DNA of 63,372 nt, filler included, from Pseudovirgaria hyperparasitica (taxonomy: Eukaryota): assembly GCA_010093815.1 (NCBI GenBank). It is 3 parts of 2 records of this genome, joined end to end, with 100 filler letters (N's around TTAATTAATTAA, not from the genome) between each part and the next. Parts side by side here need not be neighbours in the genome. Positions count along the whole stretch, not along the records: positions 15,026 to 35,213 come from ML996607.1; positions 35,314 to 63,372 come from ML996609.1; 1 more part is not named here. One strand, written 5' to 3'. This document shows, piece by piece, positions 23,301 to 35,703 of the stretch. The number at the start of each line of letters is the position of its first letter. The first letter of the stretch is position 1. The notes below the pieces were generated by a model. The model ran no database searches, was not told the DNA's origin, and saw nothing but the letters and a program-made list of their open reading frames with translations. The position numbers were made by a program, and so were the translations under genes.

Positions 23301-24630
23301 TCAACCACGCATGTCCGAGTCCGCTAGTACAGATATTAGACTTGCGCTGCAAATGGGGCATTTCAGCCCGTCAGTTAGAGAGAGTCCGGGGTAGAATGTT
23401 GACTCTGCGCCAGGCAAAGAAAGTTCCAAGAGGGGCTCAGCACAGCTGGTTAGATTCGACGTTGGAGCTTTGTAGAAGTTGTCGACCAAGCGTGCTCGAG
23501 CGGGGCTGTATGCCAGCACTGACTTTTGTAGCCTTGTAAAGACTCGGGTGGGAACGACAATAGTTGAATTCGCTTCCTTTGACAGATCTTCCATGATTTC
23601 TGTCGTAATGCTGCTTTCGGCATTTTCTATCGATAGATCTTGAAAATCATCGCTCTCAATGCGTTCAACGATCATGGATCTGAGCTGGTTGAATAACGCC
23701 ATTCTTTGCGCTCGCCCTTCTGCGATGTTGCTCATGTCAACTCCACTAATATGGCCTATATAATGTTGGAAAGTTTGATTGTCTTGGTGGCCCATGTGTT
23801 TTCTCCTTTCAGCTGTCAAGCATAATACCAAAACCCCTCCTGAAACCGTAGGAAGAGAGCGATTGCTTGTATCCCGCTCTGACTCCCAAGGAATTGAGTG
23901 CATTGTGGAAAGTCATGAATGGCCAAATTTTGTCGGGATGGAAGAGATCGAAAGCCTTTGAAGACCCCATCTGCTAAACGAAGAGCTACTGTGACCAAGC
24001 AATGCATTCGTTGGGATGTTTCGAGTATAGGAAATTCGAAACTAGCTTTTCGTTAGCACGATATTTCTGCCAGCGGTGAGTACAGACTTATTCGAGTCAT
24101 TATCTCGTTCATTCTTGCGATTGCGTACGCAGACGCGCAAAACGTAGATCATGCCGGTCTCTCGCGCCCCGGCAATGCTATGGGTATCAAGGACAAAGTA
24201 ATGTCTCCGTAAAGTAGTCCCTCATTGATACCCCGATGACATTGGGACTCGACGTAATCGCCTGGACGTCCGCCATAGTATGAAAGACAACTGGACAGGT
24301 ATACGATCGTGGCCAAATTGATGCACATCGTGCTGCCAGAGAAAAGTTAGGAGATCCTTAACGACCTCTATTGTCGCGATTGGCTTTTCGAATGCCTTGG
24401 TAGAGCAACTTTCCATCCTCGACAGTGTTTTCTGGATGAAGGACTTCATCTGCTTGTGCTCTGTCTGAGTGTACCCATAGCGCGCCCTAATGCTTGTGAT
24501 TCGTCTTATAGAATTCCAAACTCTCATCATCGTGGGTATGTTTACTTTCTTTTCGAGCTTCCCTTTGGAACGTTGAAATAAAGACAATTCAACGCTGTTG
24601 GTGATGAGGCTCATGTATGAGACGAAGTGG
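23301..24630 (-). pseudogene. DUF3435 tyrosine recombinase (Starship captain type), frameshifted
   Basis: In order across frames: SKGKL..T...W; KPIAT...KDLLTFLWQHD.H.F.H.R..VQL; YGGRPGDYVES; GLLYGDI; LADGVF; SYGFRRG; RRKHMGH...TFQHY...SGVD; YPG...CPIC. Confidence 0.8.
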
Positions 24631-25087
24631 GAAGAATGGAAGCAGTTCGTGACGGAAGTCGGGCGAGGGGAGAGACAGCGCGAGCGCCGCATTGTAACGC
24701 ACGCCCGCCATATTGCTGCATAGCCACGATACAGCGCGTGATGGAACCAAGAACTGGGATGGATGCAATGAGACCCATTCGTGGGAGTTGCGGTGGTAAT
24801 CTGGGTTTTGGTCAAGTTGGGGCGCGTACTTTATCAGGTTCTGGAAATACGCCCGCTAAAGAAAAGCCAAGCCCGACAAGTCGCGTAGCTAGATAGCAGA
24901 GCGCCCTTCTAAATACTATACCTTCAACACACACTGCTCGTCAACTCGCCGTCTTTCGGCACTCATTCTCATACACGGCATCGTTCAGGTTTGCCGTAGA
25001 GTTTCCTCGCTCCCGGAATGCTCCCAAACGTACTACTATACTCGTCCCCAATTTACGGTTAGATGCTTCATTTGCTCTCGACCGGTT

Positions 25088-26108
25088 TTGACACCCCAAA
25101 ATCGTATGGACCTCGAAATTTATAATCGAGCCAAGTCGCTCGGCCAGTCTCCATACATAGTCGCAAAGCTGGCAGCATACGGCTTAGGAAATTTCCTCGG
25201 CGACAACGGCGAGCAGCAGAACCCTGCCGATGAATTCCAAAACATTGACGTCCTGCACGGCCTCTACGCTTTGCTGGAGCAGGGCTCCTACATGCAGCCT
25301 CGGCCTGACATGGGCCGCGACTACTCTACACAGCAGCAGCGAGTCAAACGCCCACGCTCACAAGATTCCCTCGCGCTACAGGTCGAAGGCATGCAAGGAT
25401 ACACATCGAACTTCTCCGGGCAAGACGCTGTAGAGCTAACACCAGGAGGTCATCATGCTCAACTGCAAACGCAAGGACTTATCACCATCACCGCATGCCT
25501 GGGCCACCACCAGCCAAGATAGCTGGGCCTCCCAGTGTCGTAGGACTGGAAGGCATGCCGGATCCTGCGCCACGTGCACGCGGTCCGAAACTGAAGTTCA
25601 CGCCTGAGAACGACCAGTTGCTCGTGGATCTTAAGGAGAAGAAGATCTTAACATGGAAGCAAATTGCAGACTTCTTTCCAGGGCGCAGTAGCGGCACGTT
25701 ACAAGTACGGTACTGCACGAAGCTGAAGGCGAAGACCACAGTTTGGAACGACGAATTGGTGAGTCTATTCCTTTACCTTGCATTGAACGTTGGGCGGTCG
25801 CGATCCTGGCTCAGGGGTATATAGCCATGCACCAAGACCATTTATGTGCCACACGGTGCCAGTACTGACCTGGGTGGAACAAGCAGGTGCAGAAACTTCG
25901 GACGGCAATGTCGGAGTACGAAAACGACACGTGGAGAATAATCGCGACCAAGGTTGGGAACGGTTTCTCCCCAGCCTCATGCAAAGACAAGGCCTCGAAG
26001 CTCTTGGAGCTAGAAGGCTTGGATGAACCGCAAGCAGACGACGAGGAGGACCAAGCAGAAGAGCAGGACGAACCAGAAGAATACGGAGCCATCGAAATAC
26101 GAACATGA
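25088..26108 (+). CDS. Myb/SANT-domain protein (frameshift near 25490, intron ~25760-25887; may be a pseudogene)
   Basis: GPKLKFTPENDQLLVDLKEKK.LTWKQIADFFPGRSSGTLQVRYCTKLK; second repeat WRIIATKVGNGF..C. Confidence 0.8.
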
Positions 26109-26961
26109 ATGCAGAAACGTCATGCACAGACAAATCACACCAGGAGCCCGAGAAGCACCTGTTGCGCCCGACCCTGGTTATTGCTGGCCAGAACCCCTAA
26201 CACACACTCATATCCCCAACGTCAAACTACCTAAACTGTCATTTCCCTTTTGACGTCAACTTGTGATTATTTGCTCTTCCTTGTCGCTGAACCCGCGGAA
26301 AGGACTTGAACGTTCTCGCCACGCATAAGGAACAGGGATAGGCCGGTCCGTTACAAGATGCTTCCCTAGAAGGCTCTGACTCTTGTACAGCAGACATGTA
26401 GACAGTTGTGCGCAGCAGCTGGTAGCTTCGGACGAACTCAATCGCCTATTGATTTCGATGCCGCAGCATCTTTCAGGGCGATATTGTTGTTCGCAGGATC
26501 GTTCGTGTCTCACAACGACAGCACACATAAATACACTGCACTGGTTGTGGTCCGGCCTATTTTTCTTCCTAGTACTAAAAACAGCCATAATGTGGAAGGG
26601 CGCTTAAGACGCTTCACACATTGCGTCCCTGTCTATCCCCCAAGAGATGATGGGGTGTCAGACACATTCCGAATGCCTGCACCGCGCAGTCTAAATGCAC
26701 GCCTTAACCTCGTTCCCCTCTTCCACTGAGCTTCGTGCGCCGTATCTAGACCCCTTATCGTGACGTAGGACAGCTGTAGGAAGATGCAGCAAGCTAATAA
26801 CTACCCAACACTAACGCCATCTCAGAGAGTTTTCCCATCTTCCGTGGACGACCTGTAGCGAATTCTGTGATCCTTCGAGCGCCCCTGGAATGAAGAAATA
26901 AGCATACACACAGTGGGAAGCATCAATGGATCATGCCTGATGCCACACGCCCTCTCTTGGT

Positions 26962-27243
26962 CGCTGCAGTGATGAGAGCTACAGGGCGCGCAGGACGCCT
27001 CTCTGGGATATCGACGTTTGAGGCTCACTAAGCAGGTCAGCACTGAGCCTTTCGACTATCTAGACTGCCAAGACTTTGGCGAGTAAACAGTGGCGCCAGT
27101 GTGCGCTATGGCGGAGGACTCAGTAAACAATACAGTGCTTGTCCTCCATCAATCACAGCGTCCGCTAGCAAGAAAGTACAGTGCACCATGCAAATGATAT
27201 AAACGGTAGGGGCGTCTTTTAAGTCCCGCTTGTGATTATTTGC
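26962..27243 (+). repeat. dispersed non-coding repeat, homologous to 61667-61937
   Basis: Shared blocks CTGCAGTGATGAGAGCTACAGGGCGCGCAGGA, TCTAGACTGCCAAGAC.TTGGCGAGTAAACA and TTTTAAGTCCCG.TTGTGATTATTTG. Confidence 0.8.
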
Positions 27244-28107
27244 ACCTGTCTAGCGAGGCTGACTTTGTGTTATAAAATCAGGCAGTTCTAGCACAACATG
27301 ACTACAGAGGCACGAATTCTTGAAGCAACACACCGTCTCAATGAGGTGACGTCCAAAACACCCCACTCATCACATAGGGGAGTAAGTGAATTAGCAGCAG
27401 GGTTCTCGCCCTCCGAGACTCTCAGTTTAGAGTCTCTAATATGCTCTATACGCGACAGAGATACTCGCAGCTCACAGGGCAAGATCTCGATTCTTGAAAG
27501 CGCCAAGGAGATTGTACGGCAATTGGAGAGCCCAGACGAGCGAGCAATGGAACTTCTCATGTCACTGTGTTGATTCGATCCGGTCGGATCTTCTGGTCTG
27601 CATTGCCGGCGTCACCTTGAGTCGAAAGCGAGGAAGCAGTCTGGACGGTCACGCCGAGCGACAGGTGGATGTGACAGTTGTGAAGCAGTTCTGGAAGGGT
27701 AGTCTGGCGACTTCGTTGTTCGACATCGTCTCGTGCACGTTCAGCCTTACGAGGGCGGCATAGCCACGTTCTGTGACATAGTTAGGTCAATGTACGATCA
27801 AAGTCGAATGTTGTCACGCGCGACGCGTCAAGCACCCCTTCACCAACACCACGGCGAACAAGCAGCCGCACAGTGACAACAACTACACGCAGCATCAAAG
27901 CAAACAAAACTCTCGGTACCTCTCTAGGAGCGCCGCGCAAACCCTTGACGTCTGTCCAGTCACGTACAACCGCTACAGTTGAATCTCCTCGCTAAAAGTG
28001 GATACTAGACTTTGGACAATCTTCATCACAAGTACAAAACACACAGGACTAAGACAATGCAGCAACATCACAGTTTGTCGCGTTCTCCGTTTCTGCGCTC
28101 TCCGCTT

Positions 28108-28977
28108 CTACAGCTCTTCAAAGTCAGATAGCCCTCGTTCGATCACTATCGGATACATGGCGGTATATCCTATCTTCATTAGATTTAGACTAAGAAGCCG
28201 GATGCACCTTACTTTGTCAATTATTGACCCCGGCCGAATCATTGCACCCATACCAATTCTCACTCCAGGCAACACTGTGACATTCGCTCCGATTGCGCAA
28301 TTTTCCTCGATGTTGATTTCTCCTCCTTGGGCCTTACTCTGAAACCCTCGCCGGCGCTGAGGAGAATCCGATAAAAGATACCCAGCCAATGTCACATTCG
28401 GGCCGATGACAGTGTCATTTCCGATACAGACCTTGCATGCATCAAGTATGGTACAATTAGAACCGATCATAACGTTGTCGCCGATATGGATGTTGTATCC
28501 ATAATCACACGAAAACGGGTCTTCAATGATGACACCGTGCCCCATCGTGCCTTGCACTGACTCTGGATGATCCGGTCCGTAACGGATATCCGATGCGCAC
28601 AGCACGGAGCGGAAATGCTCTGTGATAAGCTCCGGACAAGAGTTGGCGTAGTCGAATTGCTTCAGTCGCTCCTTGCACAGCCTGTGATCAGTGACCAACT
28701 GCATTGCAAAGAATGAATAACTTTGACCGTTTAACATCTTAGTCTTCTCTGATGGCTGGTATAGTGGACTAGGCGGTATTATAGGCAGATCCGGAGGCGA
28801 AAGTCCATAGGGTATCAGAGATTGTGATCTTTCGGTGGTAGCTTGAGGTAAGAGCGCTCGATTCCTATGGCGCGAGAACTGACCATATCCTTCACAATCC
28901 AGATTCAATTGTCGACAATTCTCGCCTAGGAGGTTAGCCGGGCATATGGGACCAACATAACCTGAAGCGTACAGCAA
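28108..28977 (-). CDS. maltose/galactoside O-acetyltransferase-like (Mac plus hexapeptide LbH) protein
   Basis: SEKTKMLNG..Y; IEDPFSCDYGYNIHIG; IGPNV; IGANVTVLPGVRIG. Confidence 0.8.
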   Translation of the reverse strand: MLYASGYVGPICPANLLGENCRQLNLDCEGYGQFSRHRNRALLPQATTERSQSLIPYGLSPPDLPIIPPSPLYQPSEKTKMLNGQSYSFFAMQLVTDHRLCKERLKQFDYANSCPELITEHFRSVLCASDIRYGPDHPESVQGTMGHGVIIEDPFSCDYGYNIHIGDNVMIGSNCTILDACKVCIGNDTVIGPNVTLAGYLLSDSPQRRRGFQSKAQGGEINIEENCAIGANVTVLPGVRIGMGAMIRPGSIIDKVRCIRLLSLNLMKIGYTAMYPIVIERGLSDFEEL

Positions 28978-29411
28978 GGTTTAGCCTCGTCACACTGATT
29001 CACTCTTAGCGAAAGATGCACTGTAGTTCGGGCTAGACATACCTTTTTCTTTCTCCTACGACAAGTAGCACAGCCAGTCTTGGTGCGTGGATAGAACTGC
29101 AAAGCTTTGAGAACTATCAGGCAATGCAGCCTGTGTCTGACTTACTCTCTTTTTCCGCGGATGCCTGGATGGATTCTTACCAGTGCGGCCAGGATTCTTG
29201 ATGGCTGGACAATTCAGGTCGCAATGCTCGACTGGTACGTTCTGATCGTTGAGCATCGAGTGTATAGTGATTCTTTCCATGATAGACTCTGTAGCGTTAG
29301 GTCATTTAATTGAAAGACAGCAGAGATTGTGCAAGATCAAGCTGTTATACTGACATGTTGTTCGACAATGTTGGTTGGTACGCTAAGGACCGTATCTGCT
29401 GTGCCTCCTAC

Positions 29412-29650
29412 CGTATGCCAAGGCGGGTCTCCTCCCTCCTAACTATTATCTTTCTATCTCATCGAAGATCGATCGTAGTAGAGGCGCAATAGCGTTCGTA
29501 GACGGCTACACAACCTGGATCACGGGCCCATCTGCCGCGGAGAACACCGACGTTCTACAGAGGACGGCTGTGGCCAAAGTAGAGCAGTGGACACGTCGGA
29601 GCGGCGCGGTGTTCGAAGCGGACAAGACAGTCTTCGTGCATTTTACCCGC
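29412..29650 (+). mobile_element. LINE (Tad1-like) reverse-transcriptase fragment
   Basis: Manual translation GAIAFVDGYTTWITGPSAAEN...EQWTRRSGAVFEADKTVFVHFTR; degenerate PQGS-like block upstream. Confidence 0.75.
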
Positions 29651-30184
29651 ACGGAGAAGAAATTATCATTGATAATCCAGATAGACAGAGTTATAGACAA
29701 GTAGCACTTCGGCTAGTCTTGAAGTTGTTGATTATCTGAGACCAGTCTCTGTAGACTGGGCCCAAATATGATTCTTTCTACTCTTGCAGGCTGTTGGGTG
29801 TTATGTCGAGCGCGTTGTGAAAGGAGTTTGATATTGTCTTGAGAGCGGCAGACGTCCAGGTTCCAGGTTCCTGCACTGTGCAAAGATTGTGGCTGCGGCG
29901 CAATAACAGACCGACGGCTTATGATCATCCGAATGAAATTAGATCCAGAAGAAACATCTACGGTACTCGTCACATGGGTACTCCCTTAAGCCTATAAGTG
30001 GCCGGGTACGGCGAAGTCTGTTGGTTGGTGGCACAATTGCACTAGGTCGGTTTGGTGGCCAAAAATTCCAATAAGTAAGTCATGATGATATCACTTGAGG
30101 TAGCGACCGTCCATTCAGAATGTGTTCCCGTGCGAGTGATGAGCATGTGAGCGATGGATTCATACGACCATCCGGATTCATGGA

Positions 30185-30226
30185 TGGATCCGTCTGTAAC
30201 TTTTTCAGCGCGACTCTTGGTACGTG
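30185..30226 (+). repeat. solo TIR of the 2793-7533 family
   Basis: TGGATCCGTCTGTAACTTTTTCAGCGCGACTCTTGGTACGTG; no partner seen. Confidence 0.75.
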
Positions 30227-30809
30227 GTTCATCCTTCACTTGCTAAACCACGTAGGTTCTTTCTAAAGTTGCGGACGTAGTCTAATACTAGTAGAGGATA
30301 GACGATGAAGTCAAGAGGATATACATTTCCGAGTACAGTTAGACCTGGCCACTCCATTACACGCGATAGACTTTATCGCTATCCCGATTCGCTCGTCAAG
30401 CAGTCTGCATTTACCAGGACACAGATCCTATCTCTTGGGACCACGCTACATCTTACGTACAAAGATGTGTCTCGAACTCGATCAAAGCTGTCTACATTGA
30501 TTCTTCGATTCCCTTTCTGCGGAATGTACTGAAAAACCATCGGACTATTCAGCACATTGATGTCAGGAGACGACTAGGTAGTTCGAGTGCTTGGTACAAG
30601 CTATTCTGCCTCCAAGTGTCTCGCTCTTTTATGGTACTAGGCAAGTCATTGATGACTTGTTAATTACTGTACATCCTTCAACCATTACAAAACTTGAACT
30701 AGGCTATATCCGATTATCCATAGTTACATGAGAAAGCTTGGCAGACGGTGCACACATGTCGCGCGCGCACACGAACCGTAGTATAAATGATATTTTTATC
30801 TATTACCGC

Positions 30810-31312
30810 CAGACTTCCTATCAAACAATCAGTTCAATTCTGTGCCTATATTTGAAGTTGAACTGAAGTACTTCATATAGTCAAAATATAGCATATTTAA
30901 GGCTATATAGATAATTTTCGTATACCCTTTCGTACACCTAGACGTATACTTAGGTGTATTTGAGTACTAAGTCGTCTAAAACGTCTATATTCGTTAAGTA
31001 ACTAATTAATACTCGGCGGAAGTTTCTAGTATAGACTCGGCGGTATAAGCTCGGCTCAGGATCCATGGAATATCATTTTCCCGGTATGCCTTAATGTCTA
31101 ACACCCTAGGTCACCTATAGCCTACCCATCTAAATATACGAATATACTAAGCATATATATACTTCAGTTCAGTTCAATTATTTGCAGTTCAATACTATCT
31201 TAAATTGAAGTTGAACTGAAGCGTCAGTTCTTGGCAAGAGGCCTCAACTGAACTGGACTGACCAGTTCTTGAGGCGGTCGAATTGAAGTTGAACTGACTG
31301 ATAGGAAGTCTG
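30810..31312. mobile_element. hAT-like MITE
   Basis: 14-bp TIR CAGACTTCCTATCA/TGATAGGAAGTCTG; many subterminal GAACTGA/TCAGTTC motifs; TSD imperfect. Confidence 0.7.
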
Positions 31313-31606
31313 AAATTTACCGCCGTATTATCCCTCCATTATATATAAACCTATAATAATAATAATAATATTGTATAACTAGGTAGAGTAGTACTCTACA
31401 GGCCTATGCCTCCTCTAGTCTAAGCTACTATATAAGAAGAAACCCAAGAGGGGAAAACTTCCTTATGTCGATAATTACATCTCGTTAAACCTTTGTTTCT
31501 TCTAAAGTATACAGCCATAGGGTACACCTATTGGCCTACAGCCTGTGTTACCGTTGTTTTGCCCTCAGGCAGCACGTGCAGGTGCGGAGGTTATTAGTCA
31601 AGGGGT

Positions 31607-31670
31607 TCTTCCGGCATATGCCGGGTTTCCTCCGACGTATGCCGGGTTTCTTCCGGCATATATTTCCGGG
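31607..31670. repeat. 3 x 21-bp tandem repeat inside an ORF fragment paralogous to 59330-59450
   Basis: TTCTTCCGGCATATGCCGGGT-like units; adjacent RWLNEYPKDVARWM coding segment recurs inverted at ~59340. Confidence 0.65.
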
Positions 31671-33069
31671 TCCACTGGAATTGGAGGAGTGGTAGGTGTG
31701 TAATCATCCACCGGGCGACGTCCTTAGGGTACTCATTAAGCCATCGTACGATATCGGAGGTTCTTGTCGTGTGGATGAGCTTCTGCCTTTGCGTGTGAAG
31801 ATCGGGGCACATTGCGAGCCTCCAGTTCGAAGTCGGATGACTCCTGCAGGTTCGACGTGCCCTATACCATCAGGCCCTGCTCCTGTTTTCGCCTTATCTC
31901 TCCCCTTTGGGCTTATACCTCCGGCTCTACCAGAAGAGGGGCACGACGCCTCCTCCAGCCAGGAAACTGCGAGGTTTGCTCCTTAAACCCATGTCACCAG
32001 CGTGCGTGCCTAGCGACACGTTCTGTCTCCTCATGAATCGACACGCGCATCCGTTCTCTCGGGCCATATAGTAGTCTCCCCGGCCAGGACGTGATCCCGC
32101 CTACTTCTAGGTACACCAAAGGTCAGAGCCCATTGAAGGGGTGAGGTCCTTGGAGCCAGCAGTCACTACTGTATACCACGCCCCGCCTTCAAGCATGGCT
32201 GCTATCCGGTTTCGCGTTGCCCATGAGGATCTCTCCACGATGGGTCGACCGTGTCTTGCAGGCGAGCATCCTTTGAATCCCATACGTGTACACTCGCGTG
32301 ACGCGCCTAGGCGACTCAAGCATCCTCTACCTACTAACCCGACTTGTTTCCACTGCTTTTGATGGGTCCCTGTAGCCGCCTCTTGCCTGTGTCCGTGTAC
32401 CATTGTCTGTGTGCACCAGCGCCCTGCCTCCCACGGTAGACTGTGACATCTCTCGTGCGCGGGAGCCGCTCTATCTATCCTAGACCCGAGCGGTATCCCG
32501 TATCGAGCGAAAGGTCTTAACAGAGTCGCGCTGCTGGTGGTCGCGCTGGGCGTCTTAACAAACGTAGTTTAACACTGCAGGAGAGTTAGCCTTAACAAGT
32601 TCATCCGCAGCAGTTTGTAGTTGCCCTCGACGTGATTTCTCGCTGATCCTCACGCACCCAGAGCCATTCAAGCCTCGAGGTGTCCTGTCGCGCTGCTGGG
32701 ACTTCCGCTTTCTCTACCCATATGGTATGGTAGATTCAGGCCTGCTTTCGACACAGCAGCAGCGCGTCGGATGGTTTTCTTATCCCGGTATCCTCGTGGA
32801 CTCCTCTCGACGCGTTGATTGAGAACAGGATGGAAGTGTATGCTGTCCCAGCTGGTTTGTTGCGGTGTGGTCCCTGTAGAGTGACGCGTCGCGAAAACTC
32901 TGCAACCACCCACCCAGCGACGACGAGGTCGCCATCAACGCCGCTCCGAACCTCTTGCTGCCTCCGAAGAGGCATTGCCCAGCTGCGACGACGTGGACGC
33001 GGTTCGTGAGACTTCGCAGCCTATAAAACTATAATATATGTAAGAATAGGGTAAATGGATAGTAGTGTT

Positions 33070-33558
33070 ATATGCGAGGGGGATGAAGTAAAGCATGAAT
33101 TCGAGGCTTTCGGGAAGATATTCGCGGAGTAGCGTAAGGAACGAGTGTATAGCGTGCTTCCACATTCGAGCGGGCATGGAATACTTGAGAGCAAGCCGCT
33201 GAAGAGCTGGGGTTGCTGATGGATGCTGGGAGGAGAGGAAGAAGTCGTGATGCTCATGGAGCAGTGTACTGTGTAGTGCAATGAGAACTTGGCAGTGCTG
33301 AGACGCCAGCTGTATCCTATCCTTCTCTTGGGACGCAGCCGCTTGGGCTTTATCAACGCTAATGCATTTGTTTTCGACCAATACAAGACCGGTGTATATG
33401 CTCTTTACCTCGGCCGCAAGTTGCGATTGTGAGATAAGTCTATGGTCTGGCTGTAAGAGTAGTTTGGGTTGCCAATCATCGGTAGAAAATGGACTGGGCT
33501 GGCGAGAACCTGGGTTTTCGGGGCTTCTAGACTGAAGTGATAATATATGGGGTTTCAA
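33070..33558 (-). pseudogene. Est1/SMG-like fungal protein fragment, 3' truncated
   Basis: LISQSQLAAEVKSIYTGLVLVENKCI; LIALHSTLLHEHHDFFLSSQHPSA; YSMPARMWKHAIHSFL; ends at an LTR-terminus fragment (33039-33068). Confidence 0.7.
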
Positions 33559-35213
33559 CGATCTTGATTGAAGCCTAGAATCAGTGGCCTCGTGGGCTTT
33601 CCTGCTGAGGTGTGAGTTAGTAAAGGCACATGGCTAGTAAGAGTTATACTCACGCTTTGTGCGCTGCTTCCTCGTATATTGGCCTCCGATCCAGTGCTGT
33701 AGACACGTGCGAGTCCATTTTTAGATTATTAATCAGCTGCTGCGAGTGACGGCTTTGCACATGGTCTCATAGAGTGTCGTCCTTAAGGAATGTCTGGTCG
33801 GTACAGTAGGGACAAGCGTAGAGGTCAAGCTGACCTTTTCTAGACTGAATCATAGTAGTAATCAATGTAGTGTTAACAGTTTATTGTATTGCTAGTTATC
33901 ATGACAAAGATAGAAAGTAGTGCGGGCATAATATAAATTGAGAAAAGGGCAACAAGCCCGTCATTCAAGGTCGCACATCCATCAACTTCACCGGTCACAG
34001 GCACCTCAAAACTCTGGGAAGGAGTTGAGAGGCCTACAGCATGGATAGAAGGCAACCAGTGAGTCTCCTTACAGCAAGCAAGCTCTGATGAATTTGCTTT
34101 CAGGCATACTTACGGAGAATCACTGTAGCCTGTCAATGCAGTAATGACCAGAAATTCATCACTTCATCAGGATGCATGATTATTATGCGACACTAGCAGG
34201 TAACGCAGTGCATGCTCTTCCAGTTGTCCACCCAGCTATGCTATAGAATCTATGCTATCCTAGCGTCCGTTCTGTCCCGCCCGTCTTAGTGATTACGAGG
34301 AGTCGCTGAAACACGAGCTAAACTAGGCGTCAATGCAAAAACTTCGCGGCTTGTGTGCCGTTATCGCTCTTGTGTATTCCAAACGACCGTGCAGAGAGAC
34401 TCATGGCTGCCAAGAGAAACCACGGGGTGGGCATGTCAATCGCTTGAAATAATTCAGGGGCTCTGCATGATTCTTAGCACCCCAGCCATAATTCAAACAG
34501 TAAAAGAATACTAACGCCTCATTCATGCATTGCTCTGGCGGGCCAACAGTCGAATACGGGATCAAAAGGAAATCCCTGTGAGGGTCCCGGGGAGTAGATG
34601 TTCTCCTGGTCCAGAGCGTGCTCGAAACCTGACTGGGAGTTCGACATTGGTCCTGATGCAAGCCTGGGGGAGCCACTGGCTCGTTCCACTAGTAGATTAA
34701 GTTAGCTCCTCACCTGTAGCATCCACCCCTACAGGCTAATCCTTGATGTTGCCTATACGATGGACGCAACGTTCCTCCATTGACATACCAATCTGTTTCG
34801 AAGATCCCTGGCTAATAATAACAAGTGGCCATGAAGCACGGATAAGGTGCAGTGATATTTAACTTATCCTTGGCAGTGCATAAAGCCACTTACTAGGTGC
34901 AATGAGACTATCCCCTGTTATCGAGAATGAGTTGCAAGTACTTGACCGGTCAGTTATCGCTACTCGATCGCCGGACGCCAGCTCGCCGGCCTCGCATCGG
35001 ATGAGTTGGGGCGACCTCTGGAACAATTGAAGAAGTCTCTACCTTGTCCTCGGTCCAGTCCCTACTCGATATTGGTGGACGACAGGTAATGCAATGCCCT
35101 GGCTTTGGTTCTGTCAGAGGCCTAAAAATATCCAAAATCAGTTCGTCGTCGCACAATTGGGATACCAAACGTCTGCAACCACCTGTAAACAAAGTGGCTT
35201 CCCGTCCTGTCCA

Positions 35214-35313
35214 NNNNNNNNNNNNNNNNNNNNNNNNNNNNNNNNNNNNNNNNNNNNTTAATTAATTAANNNNNNNNNNNNNNNNNNNNNNNNNNNNNNN
35301 NNNNNNNNNNNNN
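35214..35313. other. artificial contig-join linker
   Basis: 100-nt N block with TTAATTAATTAA (35258-35269). Confidence 0.95.
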
Positions 35314-35469
35314 CGGGCCGCGGAGCTCGTCGAAGAGGTGGTATGCTTATTGGCAGCAGGCTAAGACGCAGAGTCTCGCGACTCGAGAAGGAGTGAGATA
35401 TCCACGTTTGCAGAAAACGTGAGCTAGCGGAGTCTTCGCCAGCTCTAGCAAATATATGTCTCTAAAAGT

Positions 35470-35703
35470 CTCAGGCGCGGGTGAAAGGAGTCGCAGTGTA
35501 GCAGTGTTCAACAGCCAGTTCTCGACTATGCCGAACCCTTGCGCGCCCTCCTCTCCTACGTTCACCTTCTACCCACACCATACCAACGTGAGATACCTAG
35601 TCGACCAGTAAGTGTTCATGCGCTCAACCGAAAACATAAACAAGCCGCATATGCCGGCTACAGAGCGCCTAAGAATATAAGTCGTGGGAGCCATGCAACC
35701 ATA
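35470..35703 (+). pseudogene. truncated paralogue of the 5' part of the CXC-SET gene
   Basis: Aligns with 47190-47423 (CGACCAGTAAGTG...CGAAAACATAAACAAGCCGCATATGCCGG...GTCGTGGGAGCCATGCAACCATA); stops at PCNH. Confidence 0.85.

Noticed and set aside
24630..25090. Starship 5' boundary upstream of the captain
   Set aside because: No convincing direct or inverted repeat pair could be identified without an empty-site comparison
30161..30172. CATACGACCAT resembling the start of fungal 5S rRNA (a known Starship target)
   Set aside because: Similarity does not continue beyond about 11 nt
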